A stretch of DNA of 64,000 nt, from the NCBI GenBank assembly GCA_964392925.1, contig CAYMRP010000004.1, positions 7,184 through 71,183 on the forward strand, written 5' to 3'. This document shows, one piece after another, positions 1-10,346 of this stretch (the first letter of the stretch is position 1; each line of letters begins with the position of its first letter). This DNA comes from an uncultured Gammaproteobacteria bacterium. Its GTDB lineage: Bacteria; Patescibacteriota; Microgenomatia; Daviesbacterales; UBA10151. Below the pieces are notes generated by a model, which was given only the letters and a program-made list of their open reading frames with translations, ran no database searches and was not told where the DNA came from. The translations under genes and the position numbers were made by a program.

Positions 1-639
1 GTTATTGATTCCGTTGCCGCTCTTGTTCCTAAAGCTGAAATCGAAGGCGAGATGGGGGATGCTGTTATGGGTATGCAGGCCCGTCTTATGTCTCAAGCCT
101 TAAGAAAATTAACCGGTGCTATCTCTCAAACTAATACCATTGTTATATTCACCAATCAGCTCCGCCAAAAAATCGGTGTCATGTTCGGTAATCCTGAAAC
201 CACCACCGGCGGTCAGGCCTTAAAATTCTATGCTTCAGTCCGCCTAGATATCCGCAAAATTGAAAATATTAAACAAGGCGACCAAGTTGTCGGTTCTCGC
301 CACAGGGTTAAGGTTGTTAAAAATAAAGTCGCTCCTCCTTTTAGAATTGCCGAATTCGATATGGACGAAAATGGCGTAGTTCATCAAGGCGAGCTTCTAG
401 ATATTGGTATTGAAATGGGCTTATTAACTAAGTCCGGCGCTTTTATCAGATGGGGTGAAAACTTAATCGGCCAGGGCCGTCAGGCAGCCACTACCTATCT
501 CAGAGAAAACCCTAAAGAATCTGAAAAGTTAGAAAAAGATATTCGCGATGCTTGGGATAAGCAAAAATCCGGCGAAGATAAGCTCGTAGTTGGTCAGGAA
601 GAAGACAGTGACAACCCTGCAATAGAAGAAGCTGTTTAA
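1..639 (+). CDS. recA: Recombinase A (5'-truncated by window edge)
   Basis: Open frame from base 1 ([10 protein letters not shown]), with RecA motifs [31 protein letters not shown] and KNKVAPPF. Confidence 0.99.
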   Translation, partial: VIDSVAALVPKAEIEGEMGDAVMGMQARLMSQALRKLTGAISQTNTIVIFTNQLRQKIGVMFGNPETTTGGQALKFYASVRLDIRKIENIKQGDQVVGSRHRVKVVKNKVAPPFRIAEFDMDENGVVHQGELLDIGIEMGLLTKSGAFIRWGENLIGQGRQAATTYLRENPKESEKLEKDIRDAWDKQKSGEDKLVVGQEEDSDNPAIEEAV

Positions 640-668
640 AAGTTTGAAACCTCCGTATAATAATTTCT

Positions 669-1646
669 ATGTCTGAAACCAAAGCGGGTCCTCCCAATCC
701 ATCTCGTCGCAAATTTATTAAAGGATTAGCAGCGGTTGCTGCAGTAGAAATAGTGTCAGCTGCAGGACTTGGGACTGGGCCGATAGGACATTTGGGAGAA
801 TATCTAACATCTTTAGCTAAGTTACCAGAAGGTAATATTACCCAAAGGCTAGGCCGGTTCGAAAGATTAGCGCATTTAGTAGCTCAAGAGCCAAGCGAAG
901 AAAATAAATATTTAGCTGCAGCGTGGGTGAAGTTCAATCTTGCAGAAGTTTATGCAGCTTCAAGCGGATTACCTTTATCATCTCAGCTAGCAAAACATTT
1001 TTTATACGGACTCGGAGAAACTGTTGATATCTCTGAGCGATACAAAAAAATAATCCTTTCGGAAGCTGCTAATCCTCCGCCTCAAAGTCAAGAAGTTGCA
1101 GATGATCTTATATCAGGCTATTTTGAATTTAATCTAAATGCTGCTCCATCTTTGCATCTAGTTAACCGGGAGGACATGAAATCTATTCATGAAAGAAGGG
1201 CTCCGAGTGTACTTGCTTTACGAGCCTTGGTCCAATCAGAAACTCGTGATCTTAGAACGGCGCTCCATAGTCACACAGTTAGTATATCTGGTCAAACTAA
1301 ACGGGCGGACGAAAGGATAGCCGACACCGCGATTACTCTGGATAATCCAACATTCGCTATTTATGATAGATATGATTGGGAAGATAAAATAGATGGACCT
1401 GGTGTTGATATAAATACTCATCAAGCAGCTATTCAATTTTTAACTAAACTAGGGGTTGATAATCCAGAGAAAAAACTAGCAGATATGCTTGGTGAACAAA
1501 ATGTAACTGAGCTAACTAAACATGGATGGAGGTTATCAGATAGAGAAGGAGCTGTCTTAGCTCAAAGAGGGTTTGCTCGGGAGTTTGATGTTAGGGCAAA
1601 TATTAGCTCGTCAAAGCCAATAAATCTTACAATACGTAACAGATAA
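669..1646 (+). CDS. Hypothetical exported protein with twin-arginine-like N-terminus
   Basis: 325-aa ORF; SRRKFIK followed by a hydrophobic stretch; TATAAT 7 nt upstream of ATG. Confidence 0.75.
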   Translation: MSETKAGPPNPSRRKFIKGLAAVAAVEIVSAAGLGTGPIGHLGEYLTSLAKLPEGNITQRLGRFERLAHLVAQEPSEENKYLAAAWVKFNLAEVYAASSGLPLSSQLAKHFLYGLGETVDISERYKKIILSEAANPPPQSQEVADDLISGYFEFNLNAAPSLHLVNREDMKSIHERRAPSVLALRALVQSETRDLRTALHSHTVSISGQTKRADERIADTAITLDNPTFAIYDRYDWEDKIDGPGVDINTHQAAIQFLTKLGVDNPEKKLADMLGEQNVTELTKHGWRLSDREGAVLAQRGFAREFDVRANISSSKPINLTIRNR

Positions 1647-1682
1647 AAAACTTCTGCTCTATTTGAGAATGTACGCAATTTT

Positions 1683-2354
1683 ATGAAGATTACTTCATTA
1701 GAACCTCAACAGAAAAATCCTCACCGCTTTAATATCTTCCTCGATGGCCAGTTTGCCTTTGGTGCCGATGAAGATCTTGTAGTCGAGCGCCGGCTGGTAA
1801 TTGGTAAAGAAATTGAACCGGCTGATCTAGAAAAGATATTCTCTGAAGCTGAAGTCGGCAAATTGGTTGAAAAAGTTTATGGTCTTCTAAATATCCGCTA
1901 CCGCTCAGAAAAAGAAATCCGTGACTACATGAGAAATCTCTCCTTTAAAAGAAAACTTAAAGACAAAGAGGAATTATCAGAAGTAATAATAGAAGCTTTA
2001 ATAGAAAAACTCAAAAAGCGCGATTTAATAAATGACCTGCGATTTGCTACAGAATGGGCTGCCGCTCGCCGGAAATCCAAGAAAAAAGGCATCAATGCTA
2101 TTAAATCAGAGCTTTTTCAAAAAGGCATTGATCGGGAAATAGTTGAGCAGGTTTTGAGTGAAGACCGTGAGGAAGGCTCAAGTGAGACTTCTTTAGCAAA
2201 AGAAGCGCTCGAAAAAAAACTCCGGCTATGGAAAAGTTTGCCTCCGGTAGAATTTAAACAAAAATCATTAAGATTTCTAATGAGTAAAGGCTTCAACTAC
2301 GACATTGCTAAACTGGTTACGGAAGCGGCAATGGAAGATGAGACAGAAGAATAG
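1683..2354 (+). CDS. recX: Regulatory protein RecX
   Basis: MKITSLEPQQKN..RFNIFLDGQFAF start, RSEKEIR, LIND, ELFQKGI and FLMSKGF motifs; downstream of recA. Confidence 0.95.
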   Translation: MKITSLEPQQKNPHRFNIFLDGQFAFGADEDLVVERRLVIGKEIEPADLEKIFSEAEVGKLVEKVYGLLNIRYRSEKEIRDYMRNLSFKRKLKDKEELSEVIIEALIEKLKKRDLINDLRFATEWAAARRKSKKKGINAIKSELFQKGIDREIVEQVLSEDREEGSSETSLAKEALEKKLRLWKSLPPVEFKQKSLRFLMSKGFNYDIAKLVTEAAMEDETEE

Positions 2355-2531
2355 GTTTGGCTTCTAGAAAAAGCCCATCGGTTTACTCAATCTTGTTTTT
2401 TTTAGTTAAAAAACGTAAGATATACCCATAGTAGTAACTGAGGATTCAAAAATGGTGAATACTAATTTAATCATTCTCTAGTTTAATTTAAAACTCTTAA
2501 ACGGGTTTCTTCTGTAGCTGCTATATAAATA

Positions 2532-3887
2532 ATGAAACGCACATTTGGTTCGCCATCTTCATATCAGCCCTCATCAGCTCCAGCAGAGCCTAGAATAGAC
2601 GTTAATGCTAAAGAAACCGAGCTCGCTAAGCGCGAAGGTATTCTTGAGGAAAGAGAACGTTCAATCACCGAAAAACTTCAATCTTTAGATAAGAAACTCG
2701 AAACAGTAGAGAAGACTCGCAAAGATTTAGTTGAAAAGTTAGAAAAGTCTTCCGGTATGAGTGCCGAAGATGCTAAAAAGATCCTGCTTGAAAATGTTGA
2801 AAAAGATTTAAGCAGCGAGATCAGCAAAAAAATAACCGAAGCTGAAAGTGAAATAAAATTCACAGTTGATGATAAAGCCCGTCAGGTCCTGGCAGAAGCT
2901 ATGTACCACGGTGTCGCAGATTATATTTCCGAATACACAACTTCAACAGTCAAATTAGCCGATGAAGAAATGAAAGGCCGGATTATTGGTAAAGAAGGCC
3001 GTAACATCAAAGCATTCGAGCAATCTACAGGCGTTGATGTCGTTATGGACGATGAACGTCCCGATTCCTTAATTCTTTCTTCTTTTGACCCAGTTAGACG
3101 TGAAGTCGCTAAAATTTCGCTTGAAAGATTAATGGCTGACGGCAGAATGCACCCTCAAAGAATCGAAGAAATCGTTGAAAAAACTCAGTTAGACGTTGAA
3201 AAAATCATGTTCGAAGCCGGAGAAAAGCTTTGCTATGATGCCGGAGTCTTTAATCTGCCAAAAGAAGTTATCGCTATGCTTGGCCGTTTCAAGTACCGCT
3301 ACTCATTTGGCCAAAACTTAATCCAGCACAGCTTAGAATTAGTTAGAGTTGGTGTTGAAATAGCCCGTGAAATTGGTGCTGATGTAAACGTCGTTAGATT
3401 AGGTTGTTTGCTCCACGATATTGGAAAAGTAGTTACCGATGGTGAAGAGGGTACACACGTTGAAAAAGGCGTTATTTTTACCCGCCAGCATGGTATTCCT
3501 GAGCCTGTTATCGCCTGTATTGCCCAGCATCACGAAGACGAGCCCTTCTCTTCAGTGGAATCTATAATCGTTGCTATCTCCGACTCAATTTCCGGTGGTC
3601 GCCCAGGCGCTAGACACGAAAACGTCCAAGACTACTTCAAGAGATTAAACGATATTGAAAGAATTGCCAAATCCTTTGATGGTGTTGATAAAGCTTTTGC
3701 AGTTCAGGCAGGCAGGGAAGTTAGAGTTATCGTTATGCCGGATCGGATTTCCGATGATGAATTGCCAAAACTGGTTCACGATATCGGTATTCAAATCCAA
3801 AAAGAAGTTATGGTTCCAGGCGCTGTTAAAATTACAGCGGTTAGGGAAACCCGTTCCCAGGAATCTTTCTTAACTTCAGGTTCTTAA
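2532..3887 (+). CDS. rny: Ribonuclease Y
   Basis: Coiled coil, KH motif MKGRIIGKEGRNI, HD motif LLHDIGK, GGRPGAR, QAGREVRV. Confidence 0.97.
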   Translation: MKRTFGSPSSYQPSSAPAEPRIDVNAKETELAKREGILEERERSITEKLQSLDKKLETVEKTRKDLVEKLEKSSGMSAEDAKKILLENVEKDLSSEISKKITEAESEIKFTVDDKARQVLAEAMYHGVADYISEYTTSTVKLADEEMKGRIIGKEGRNIKAFEQSTGVDVVMDDERPDSLILSSFDPVRREVAKISLERLMADGRMHPQRIEEIVEKTQLDVEKIMFEAGEKLCYDAGVFNLPKEVIAMLGRFKYRYSFGQNLIQHSLELVRVGVEIAREIGADVNVVRLGCLLHDIGKVVTDGEEGTHVEKGVIFTRQHGIPEPVIACIAQHHEDEPFSSVESIIVAISDSISGGRPGARHENVQDYFKRLNDIERIAKSFDGVDKAFAVQAGREVRVIVMPDRISDDELPKLVHDIGIQIQKEVMVPGAVKITAVRETRSQESFLTSGS

Positions 3888-3967
3888 TAATTGCTCAGTT
3901 TTGGACTGATATATTATTGTCAAGACTTTACAAACCTAAAGTAATTCGTTATATTTGCTTAACTTAA

Positions 3968-4240
3968 ATGACAAAAAATCAATTAATCGAAAAGGTCGCA
4001 AAAAAATCTCATCTAACAAAACGTGCAGCTCAAGATGCTGTTAATTCAGTTTTTGATTTAATTAAAGATAATTTAATCCGCGGAGAGAAAACAATCATTA
4101 CTGGTTTTGGTACATTCTTAGTTCGTTCTAGAGCCGCTCGCCGGGGCCGTAACCCTCAAACTGGTCAGGCAATTCAAATTCCTTCAAAGAAACTTCCATC
4201 TTTCGTTGCCGGTAAAACAATTAAACGCTTCGTTAAATAG
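3968..4240 (+). CDS. hup: DNA-binding protein HU
   Basis: GFGTF and RAARRGRNPQTG signature, 90 aa. Confidence 0.97.
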   Translation: MTKNQLIEKVAKKSHLTKRAAQDAVNSVFDLIKDNLIRGEKTIITGFGTFLVRSRAARRGRNPQTGQAIQIPSKKLPSFVAGKTIKRFVK

Positions 4241-4247
4241 CTAGGTC

Positions 4248-5609
4248 TCAGCTCACCCAATAACTATTAATATACAGTACAGTCAAAAACCCCAGCATTG
4301 TTAAGGAAAAATACATCCAGATTTGTGAGTAAGTCTCATTTTTAATTAAAGCCAGAAGTATAAAAATAGGAAAAATAATTAATCCATATCTGTGAATCGC
4401 TGTTAATGTTCCTGTTGAAAGAGGAAGTATTAAACAAATAGCAAAAAATACCGTGTAAGATATTCTCAATTTAAAATAAGAAAATACCAGTAAAACACTA
4501 AACATGACAAAGAATAAAAACTCAATCAGGGTTTGCGCCCTTCCGCCTAATTGAAATATACCCACCTCAACCAGCGATTTAAAATATGTAATTGGTGAGG
4601 TCCATGGTGTTGTTAAATGCCGGTGCCAAAGTTCTTCATGCTCAACAAATGCAAAAAAATTATCTTGAGTCAAACCAAGAAAAGTACAATAAATAATAAA
4701 TGGTAAAAAAGACACTCCAATAAAAAACGTCGGTATCGAAATTATTTTTCTATAATCAAAATTCCTAAAAATGAATCTTATAACGAAAAAGGAAATTAAA
4801 AATAAACCAAACAGCATTAAAAAGTTGGCTGTGCTTCTTGATAAGCCGGCTAAAATGTAAAGTCTATTATTAAGAAGCACTTCCTCCGCAATAATAAATA
4901 ACACCCCAATACCTGCCATATAACTTCCAATTCTATTCAAAAAGTTGGCCCAGAATTCTTTCATAACCGGTGGTTTACTGGTTTTCAAAAAGTATTCTAT
5001 CGCGACTGCTAAAATCACCGCCAGCCCGGTTAGTCTCGTTACTGCGGAGAAGCTGGCAAACAGTAAAGCAATTATCCAGGCTTTTTTCCGGGCATAATAA
5101 AAAGCCCCAACTGTTAGAAATAAAAATAATGCTTCAGAGTAAACCGCTCCAAAATAAAAGGCAGTTGGAAAAGCTAAAGTTATATAGATTACTTTTTTAG
5201 CAACTTTCTCTTCGTAATCAAGAGCCGTCAATTTATACAAGTAGAATAAAGCTCCAATTGTCGCCAGGCTGGAGACTATTAACCCGCCCCACAATGAATG
5301 GATATTAATAATCATCAGGCCCCGAATCAGCATTGGATACAAAGGGAAAAATACCACCTGAAAAGGAATATAACCGTTCTCAGCAATTCCTCTGAAATGT
5401 CCGCCATCCCAATTCGCCCATTTTATCCAGTAATCAGCTCCAGCCCCTGCCCAGCCAGTTTGGCCCGGAGCTATTACTTGAGGTAAAAAACTCAGCCCAA
5501 AAAACCCAACTAGCGAAATAATAATTCTCCAGCCAGTAAATAGAGTCGCTGCTTCTTTAAGTATTAAAAAGTCATCCGAAGTAAAATATTTTTTGAAAGC
5601 CCTGATCAT
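4248..5609 (-). CDS. GT-C membrane glycosyltransferase (PIG-V/mannosyltransferase-like)
   Basis: WDGGHFRGIAENGY, FFPLYP and YSEALF motifs; polytopic membrane protein. Confidence 0.85.
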   Translation of the reverse strand: MIRAFKKYFTSDDFLILKEAATLFTGWRIIISLVGFFGLSFLPQVIAPGQTGWAGAGADYWIKWANWDGGHFRGIAENGYIPFQVVFFPLYPMLIRGLMIINIHSLWGGLIVSSLATIGALFYLYKLTALDYEEKVAKKVIYITLAFPTAFYFGAVYSEALFLFLTVGAFYYARKKAWIIALLFASFSAVTRLTGLAVILAVAIEYFLKTSKPPVMKEFWANFLNRIGSYMAGIGVLFIIAEEVLLNNRLYILAGLSRSTANFLMLFGLFLISFFVIRFIFRNFDYRKIISIPTFFIGVSFLPFIIYCTFLGLTQDNFFAFVEHEELWHRHLTTPWTSPITYFKSLVEVGIFQLGGRAQTLIEFLFFVMFSVLLVFSYFKLRISYTVFFAICLILPLSTGTLTAIHRYGLIIFPIFILLALIKNETYSQIWMYFSLTMLGFLTVLYINSYWVS

Positions 5610-5611
5610 TA

Positions 5612-6931
5612 TTAGGGAGCAAATGGATTCTTAGTTAGGTTAAAATCAAAAAACTTACTAAACACATCCCGGGGTAATGGGATTCCGGTTAACATTGGAT
5701 AAACCAGCAAAAATCCTAAAACGACCATACCTAAAATTACAAAACCAATTAGCCGGCTTTTTTTGCTTCTAACCATAAGTTCGACTTGGTAACCTAAAGA
5801 TAAACATAAGAAAGGGATTGAAGGACTGTAATGATAAAGAAACATAATTCGGGGCGAGAATATCCAAGGCAGCCAGAAAACAAAAAATCCTAACAGTATA
5901 ATTATAAATCTGTCCCTGTCTCCGAGAATAATCGGCGGATTCTTATCTCCTTGAATTTCATGACTTATCGCCGATTTACCTTTTCGATAAGTCACAAGAA
6001 AATCATAAATCGTAATCAGCATCGCCCCAATCCCCATCCAAAACAAAACTGGATTCCCAGATGCAAAGATATTGCTTACCAGTCCTCCTTCTTTATGATA
6101 CTCAACAAAATACCAAACTGGATAAAGATTCAAAGGCCATGACCAAGCTGGTGAAGAGTAATCATGAGTCGCCACCAGATTTGAGTGATACCACCACATT
6201 TGTTTTTGCAGCTCTACGAATTGATCAGTTGTATGACCTAGAAAGAAAAATGGCAGATAGCTTATTAGATAAATAATTGGAGCCAGAACTGCAAAATATG
6301 AAACTGCTCTAACAGCCTCTTTAAACTTTATCTTACCTCTTAAGAAAAAATGTCCTATTAATAAACCATTCAGTCCCAGCAGATAAAAAGACGACCATTT
6401 GCTCGAGAATGCCAAACCTAAAAATATAGCTGATATAAAAAACTTTCGGTTAAGCAAACATAAAACACTCGCCAGCGCAAAAGTAACTAAATAAATATCA
6501 TTCATACCAGTTCTTGATTGAACAAAATTCAACCCGTCAAAAGAAAATAGAAATGCTGCAATAAGCCCAGTATTCTCATTAAAAATTCTCCGGCCTAATT
6601 TATAAACTAAAAATACACTAATAACTCCGAGTATTGCTCCAGGAAGTCTCCAGTCCCAAGCATCGGTTCTGCCTGTAATAAACATCGAGGCCGTCATAAT
6701 TTCTTTAGCTAGAGGTGGATGGGTCCATTCAAAAGCTACCCCTGGCGGAGGGACAGTCCACCATTCCCAAGCTTCTTTATTACCAACTAAATATTCTTTT
6801 GCTGTAAAGCCGTGATAAACCTCATCAAAAACGTATGCATTTGGATATTCTAAGCGGAACAAATGAAAAAACGCCGAAATTACCAAAATTATTATTAAGA
6901 GTCTGTTGGCCTTTAGTTTATTAAGAAGCAT
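5612..6931 (-). CDS. Protein O-mannosyltransferase (PMT/GT39-like)
   Basis: VFDEVY, HPPLAK, WRLP, SRTGMND, SKWS, HDYSSPAWSWP and FLYHY motifs. Confidence 0.9.
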   Translation of the reverse strand: MLLNKLKANRLLIIILVISAFFHLFRLEYPNAYVFDEVYHGFTAKEYLVGNKEAWEWWTVPPPGVAFEWTHPPLAKEIMTASMFITGRTDAWDWRLPGAILGVISVFLVYKLGRRIFNENTGLIAAFLFSFDGLNFVQSRTGMNDIYLVTFALASVLCLLNRKFFISAIFLGLAFSSKWSSFYLLGLNGLLIGHFFLRGKIKFKEAVRAVSYFAVLAPIIYLISYLPFFFLGHTTDQFVELQKQMWWYHSNLVATHDYSSPAWSWPLNLYPVWYFVEYHKEGGLVSNIFASGNPVLFWMGIGAMLITIYDFLVTYRKGKSAISHEIQGDKNPPIILGDRDRFIIILLGFFVFWLPWIFSPRIMFLYHYSPSIPFLCLSLGYQVELMVRSKKSRLIGFVILGMVVLGFLLVYPMLTGIPLPRDVFSKFFDFNLTKNPFAP

Positions 6932-8183
6932 GTTTATGTTTGATGGCTAGTTTGGATATGGTAATGATTATCACTACAAAAATCAAAGTTGAAAATATCG
7001 AAAGTACCTTCCCGTAACTTTCAACCGTCTCGTAAAAGCCAGGAATATACAAAGTCTTAGGTAATTTTAAATAGAACTCATTGTAATAAATATAAACGTA
7101 ATACAAATTAATTGTATGCAGTAAACTCAAAAGTACTGTACAAACTATTAGAACTCTATTTTTAAGATAAACGGAAATTAGGATTAAAAATGGTATAGCT
7201 GAAAATAAATATCTTTCGTGAACTCGGGTGGGCAAAAAGAAAAACGCCAGAAATCCTAATGTCGCGAGTGTATAAATATCAGAAATTTTCTTCTTATAAA
7301 ACAATATAAAAAAGTAAATCCAAAATACCGCCATAAGTAAAATCCCCCATGTTCTATATGAAAGTGGTCCTAGTGCAGTTGAGTCATCGATCCAAAATCC
7401 AAACACCCCCCACAAGTTATAGGCAAATAATGAATTTGCTTTATAGTCCTGAGCCATTTGAATAAATAAGTTTAAAAATCCAAACAATCTATCGGATGGG
7501 AAAAAAGGCATTGATAAAAGGAAGATTGCCGCAATTCCAGGTAGAGACAACTTTAATAAATTATTAACAATCGTTTTACTCGAATAAGTAAACCACAACC
7601 AAAAAACAAACACCGGTCCTATCGCAATTGCTTGAGGTTTTACTAGAACTGATATCCCAAAAAATAGCGATGCTAGAATAAGTTTCTTATGTGCTAAATA
7701 ATAAATTGAGAGAAATAAGAACAATGTCATAAATCCATCAAATGCTCCCCAAATTGCCGAATTAAAAATAAGTACCGGATTAAACAAACAAAACGCCAGA
7801 CCATAAAGCGCTAAATGTTCACTAACTGCTTTGCGTAAAACTTTATATACAAAATAAGACAAAACTAAGTCAGATAAAATAGATGGTAGTTTTAAAACAA
7901 AAAAGAAAAATTGATCCGACATAGAGAATAAACTTTTTATAAGCCCCAGCAGATATAAAAGATAAATCATCCCCGGTGTGTAGTTGGTCCAAATATCTTT
8001 TGAATAAAATTGCGACAGCCCTACATCAAAAGCCCTAACGCTCCAGGCAAAAAAAGTATCAGTATCAACATGAAATCCAGGAAAGGATGCAAAAATAAGC
8101 CGCATTAAAAATCCGGCTAAAATTAAATAGTAGACGACTAAATTCTTATGTAAATTATGCTGAATCTTTTTTAAATAAGTCAT
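6921..8183 (-). CDS. GT-C membrane glycosyltransferase (GT87/ALG6-like)
   Basis: D..F..W, NYTPG, KLPSILSD, FNSAIWG, KPQ and RVHERYL motifs. Confidence 0.8.
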   Translation of the reverse strand: MTYLKKIQHNLHKNLVVYYLILAGFLMRLIFASFPGFHVDTDTFFAWSVRAFDVGLSQFYSKDIWTNYTPGMIYLLYLLGLIKSLFSMSDQFFFFVLKLPSILSDLVLSYFVYKVLRKAVSEHLALYGLAFCLFNPVLIFNSAIWGAFDGFMTLFLFLSIYYLAHKKLILASLFFGISVLVKPQAIAIGPVFVFWLWFTYSSKTIVNNLLKLSLPGIAAIFLLSMPFFPSDRLFGFLNLFIQMAQDYKANSLFAYNLWGVFGFWIDDSTALGPLSYRTWGILLMAVFWIYFFILFYKKKISDIYTLATLGFLAFFFLPTRVHERYLFSAIPFLILISVYLKNRVLIVCTVLLSLLHTINLYYVYIYYNEFYLKLPKTLYIPGFYETVESYGKVLSIFSTLIFVVIIITISKLAIKHKHAS

Positions 8184-9390
8184 AAAACATTCTTATAACC
8201 AAAACGGGCATTATAAAACTCGAGATTATCATAATCCAAACCAGAAACATACTTATTCTACCTCCATTTAAGCTTTCAAGCCATTCACTATAATTTAAAG
8301 GATAAATATATGTATGCAAAATCGTTGTCAGAATAATTAAGAAAATATTTATAATCCATTTTCTTGACAGCAAAGTTTTAATCTCAATTAGCGGCAGCAA
8401 AAATAAAAACCAGGCCCAATATTGATTCGAAAAAACTTTATAGAAAACCAAGAATATCAACAAATTAAGTGCCACAAATTTATAATCAATCTCGTCGGAT
8501 CGTCGAAGTGTTTTATAGAAATAATATATGTTGAAAAAACCAACAGGCAAAATCCAAAAATAATTATAAAAGTTAATTGAAGGATAAACCTCACTTCTTA
8601 AAATTGCATTAATTCCGTAAGCACTCTCCATCTTTGGTAAAGGAATTCCCTGGATAATGTTCCAATAATAAAATAAGGAAGCCCAAACACTTTCTGTTGC
8701 CACAGATTTTAAATTATGAAAGTTATAGCTTACATAACTGTCAACAAAACTTATCTGGAAAACAATTGTGTACAAAAGAAAATAACTGATAGCCGCTGAT
8801 ATAAAAATAGAAAGAAGATAAACTACGCTTCGAAGGTGATGCCTTTTAAAACTTAGGAATAATAAATATGGCAAAAGTATTATTGGGTAAACTTTAACCA
8901 AAACACTAAACGCTAAAACCATCATTGCTACTTCCCGATGTCCTTTTTTCCAAAGATAAAAAACCAGAGTCAGCAAAAAGATAACTAATAAGTCAAATCT
9001 AAAAAGTAAAATCGGCCCCAAAAAAATAAGTAATACCGACAGCAAAATAATACCCCCGGTTTTACCCATTTTATGAAAAAGCCCCGCCGTCAAAACAATC
9101 AAAATAACATTAGCTATAAATAATCCCCATTTAAAAGTCTCAATTGAAGGATCAACAAAAAAGCTCAAACCCACTAGAAAGAAAAACACTAAAGCTCCGG
9201 GCTGATATTCATTATGGCCAAGATCACTAAGAGTTAAATTATTCCAGAAAAAAGTCGCCCTATCATGAAACGCAAAAACATCCGGATAAAGATGCATATA
9301 AAAAGTTGGATTAAGACTTGCAAGCAAAATATAGATAATTGCGATTATTAATGAGAGAATTGCGCCAAGCAGCATGATATCTCTTATCAT
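8155..9390 (-). CDS. GT-C membrane glycosyltransferase (GT87/DUF2029-like)
   Basis: EYQPGA, RFDL, KVYP and KVFSNQY motifs; multiple TM helices. Confidence 0.78.
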   Translation of the reverse strand: MIRDIMLLGAILSLIIAIIYILLASLNPTFYMHLYPDVFAFHDRATFFWNNLTLSDLGHNEYQPGALVFFFLVGLSFFVDPSIETFKWGLFIANVILIVLTAGLFHKMGKTGGIILLSVLLIFLGPILLFRFDLLVIFLLTLVFYLWKKGHREVAMMVLAFSVLVKVYPIILLPYLLFLSFKRHHLRSVVYLLSIFISAAISYFLLYTIVFQISFVDSYVSYNFHNLKSVATESVWASLFYYWNIIQGIPLPKMESAYGINAILRSEVYPSINFYNYFWILPVGFFNIYYFYKTLRRSDEIDYKFVALNLLIFLVFYKVFSNQYWAWFLFLLPLIEIKTLLSRKWIINIFLIILTTILHTYIYPLNYSEWLESLNGGRISMFLVWIMIISSFIMPVLVIRMFYDLFKKDSA

Positions 9391-9396
9391 ATTAAT

Positions 9397-10341
9397 ATGA
9401 AGGCAAAATTACTAGTTATTTTAGGTACAACCTCAACCGGCAAGACAGATCTTGCACTTAGTTTAGCCAAAAAATTTAACGGCGAATTAATATCTGCAGA
9501 TTCGAGACAGCTTTATAAATTCTTGGATATCGGTACCGGAAAACTACCGGCCAGCTACGAGTCTCTTGAGAAAGGCGATGGTTATTGGCAAATTGATAAT
9601 ATAAGAATCTGGATGTACGACGTACTTAGTCCAGACAAAAGATATAACCTTTACGATTATATTAATGAAGCCAGTGAGAGAATAAGAGATGTTTCCAAAA
9701 GGGGCAAATTACCAATTATCATCGGCGGCACCGGACTATATCTGAGATCGCTCCTGGAGGGAGTTTCAAATTATGGAATAACTGCTGATTCCGGACTAAG
9801 AGCCGAACTCGAAGATCTCGACATTCAGGATATTAAAAAACGAATCTCTCCATCTGTCTTAAGCCATTTAAACAACTCAGAAATTAATAATAAACGCCGT
9901 CTTATTAGACTTGTTGAATTATCTTTAGCTGAAACTCAAAAATCTGGAGAATCTTTCACAGGTTTGGCAGGGGAATACGATTTTCTAAAAGTTGGCTTAG
10001 AAACAGATAGAACTATTCTTAGAGAAAGAATTAGCCGCCGTTTAATATCCAGAATAAATCAGGGCATGATAGAAGAATCGCGCGATCTTTTAGATAAAAA
10101 TATATTAAGTTACGAACGGATGGAAGAATTAGGACTTGAATACCGCTACCTAGCCAAATTTATCAAAGGTGAAATTAAATCGGTAGAAAAATTTCTCAAT
10201 TTATTAACGGTTAAAATTTCTCAGTACGCTAAACGTCAGGAAACCTGGTTTAAAAAAGATACTGATGTTAATTGGTTTGATATCTCAGACAACGATTTTA
10301 CTCAGAAGGTAGAAAAGCGAGTGCTGGACTGGTACAATTAA
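9397..10341 (+). CDS. miaA: tRNA dimethylallyltransferase
   Basis: GTTSTGKT, SADSRQ, GGTGLY and YAKRQETWF motifs. Confidence 0.97.
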   Translation: MKAKLLVILGTTSTGKTDLALSLAKKFNGELISADSRQLYKFLDIGTGKLPASYESLEKGDGYWQIDNIRIWMYDVLSPDKRYNLYDYINEASERIRDVSKRGKLPIIIGGTGLYLRSLLEGVSNYGITADSGLRAELEDLDIQDIKKRISPSVLSHLNNSEINNKRRLIRLVELSLAETQKSGESFTGLAGEYDFLKVGLETDRTILRERISRRLISRINQGMIEESRDLLDKNILSYERMEELGLEYRYLAKFIKGEIKSVEKFLNLLTVKISQYAKRQETWFKKDTDVNWFDISDNDFTQKVEKRVLDWYN

Positions 10342-10346
10342 CTTCT

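Noticed and set aside
2428-2525. Possible structured RNA in the rny leader (ATAGTAGT...GCTGCTAT)
   Set aside because: Pairing is short and G-U/A-U rich, and no recognisable motif can be supported without comparative data
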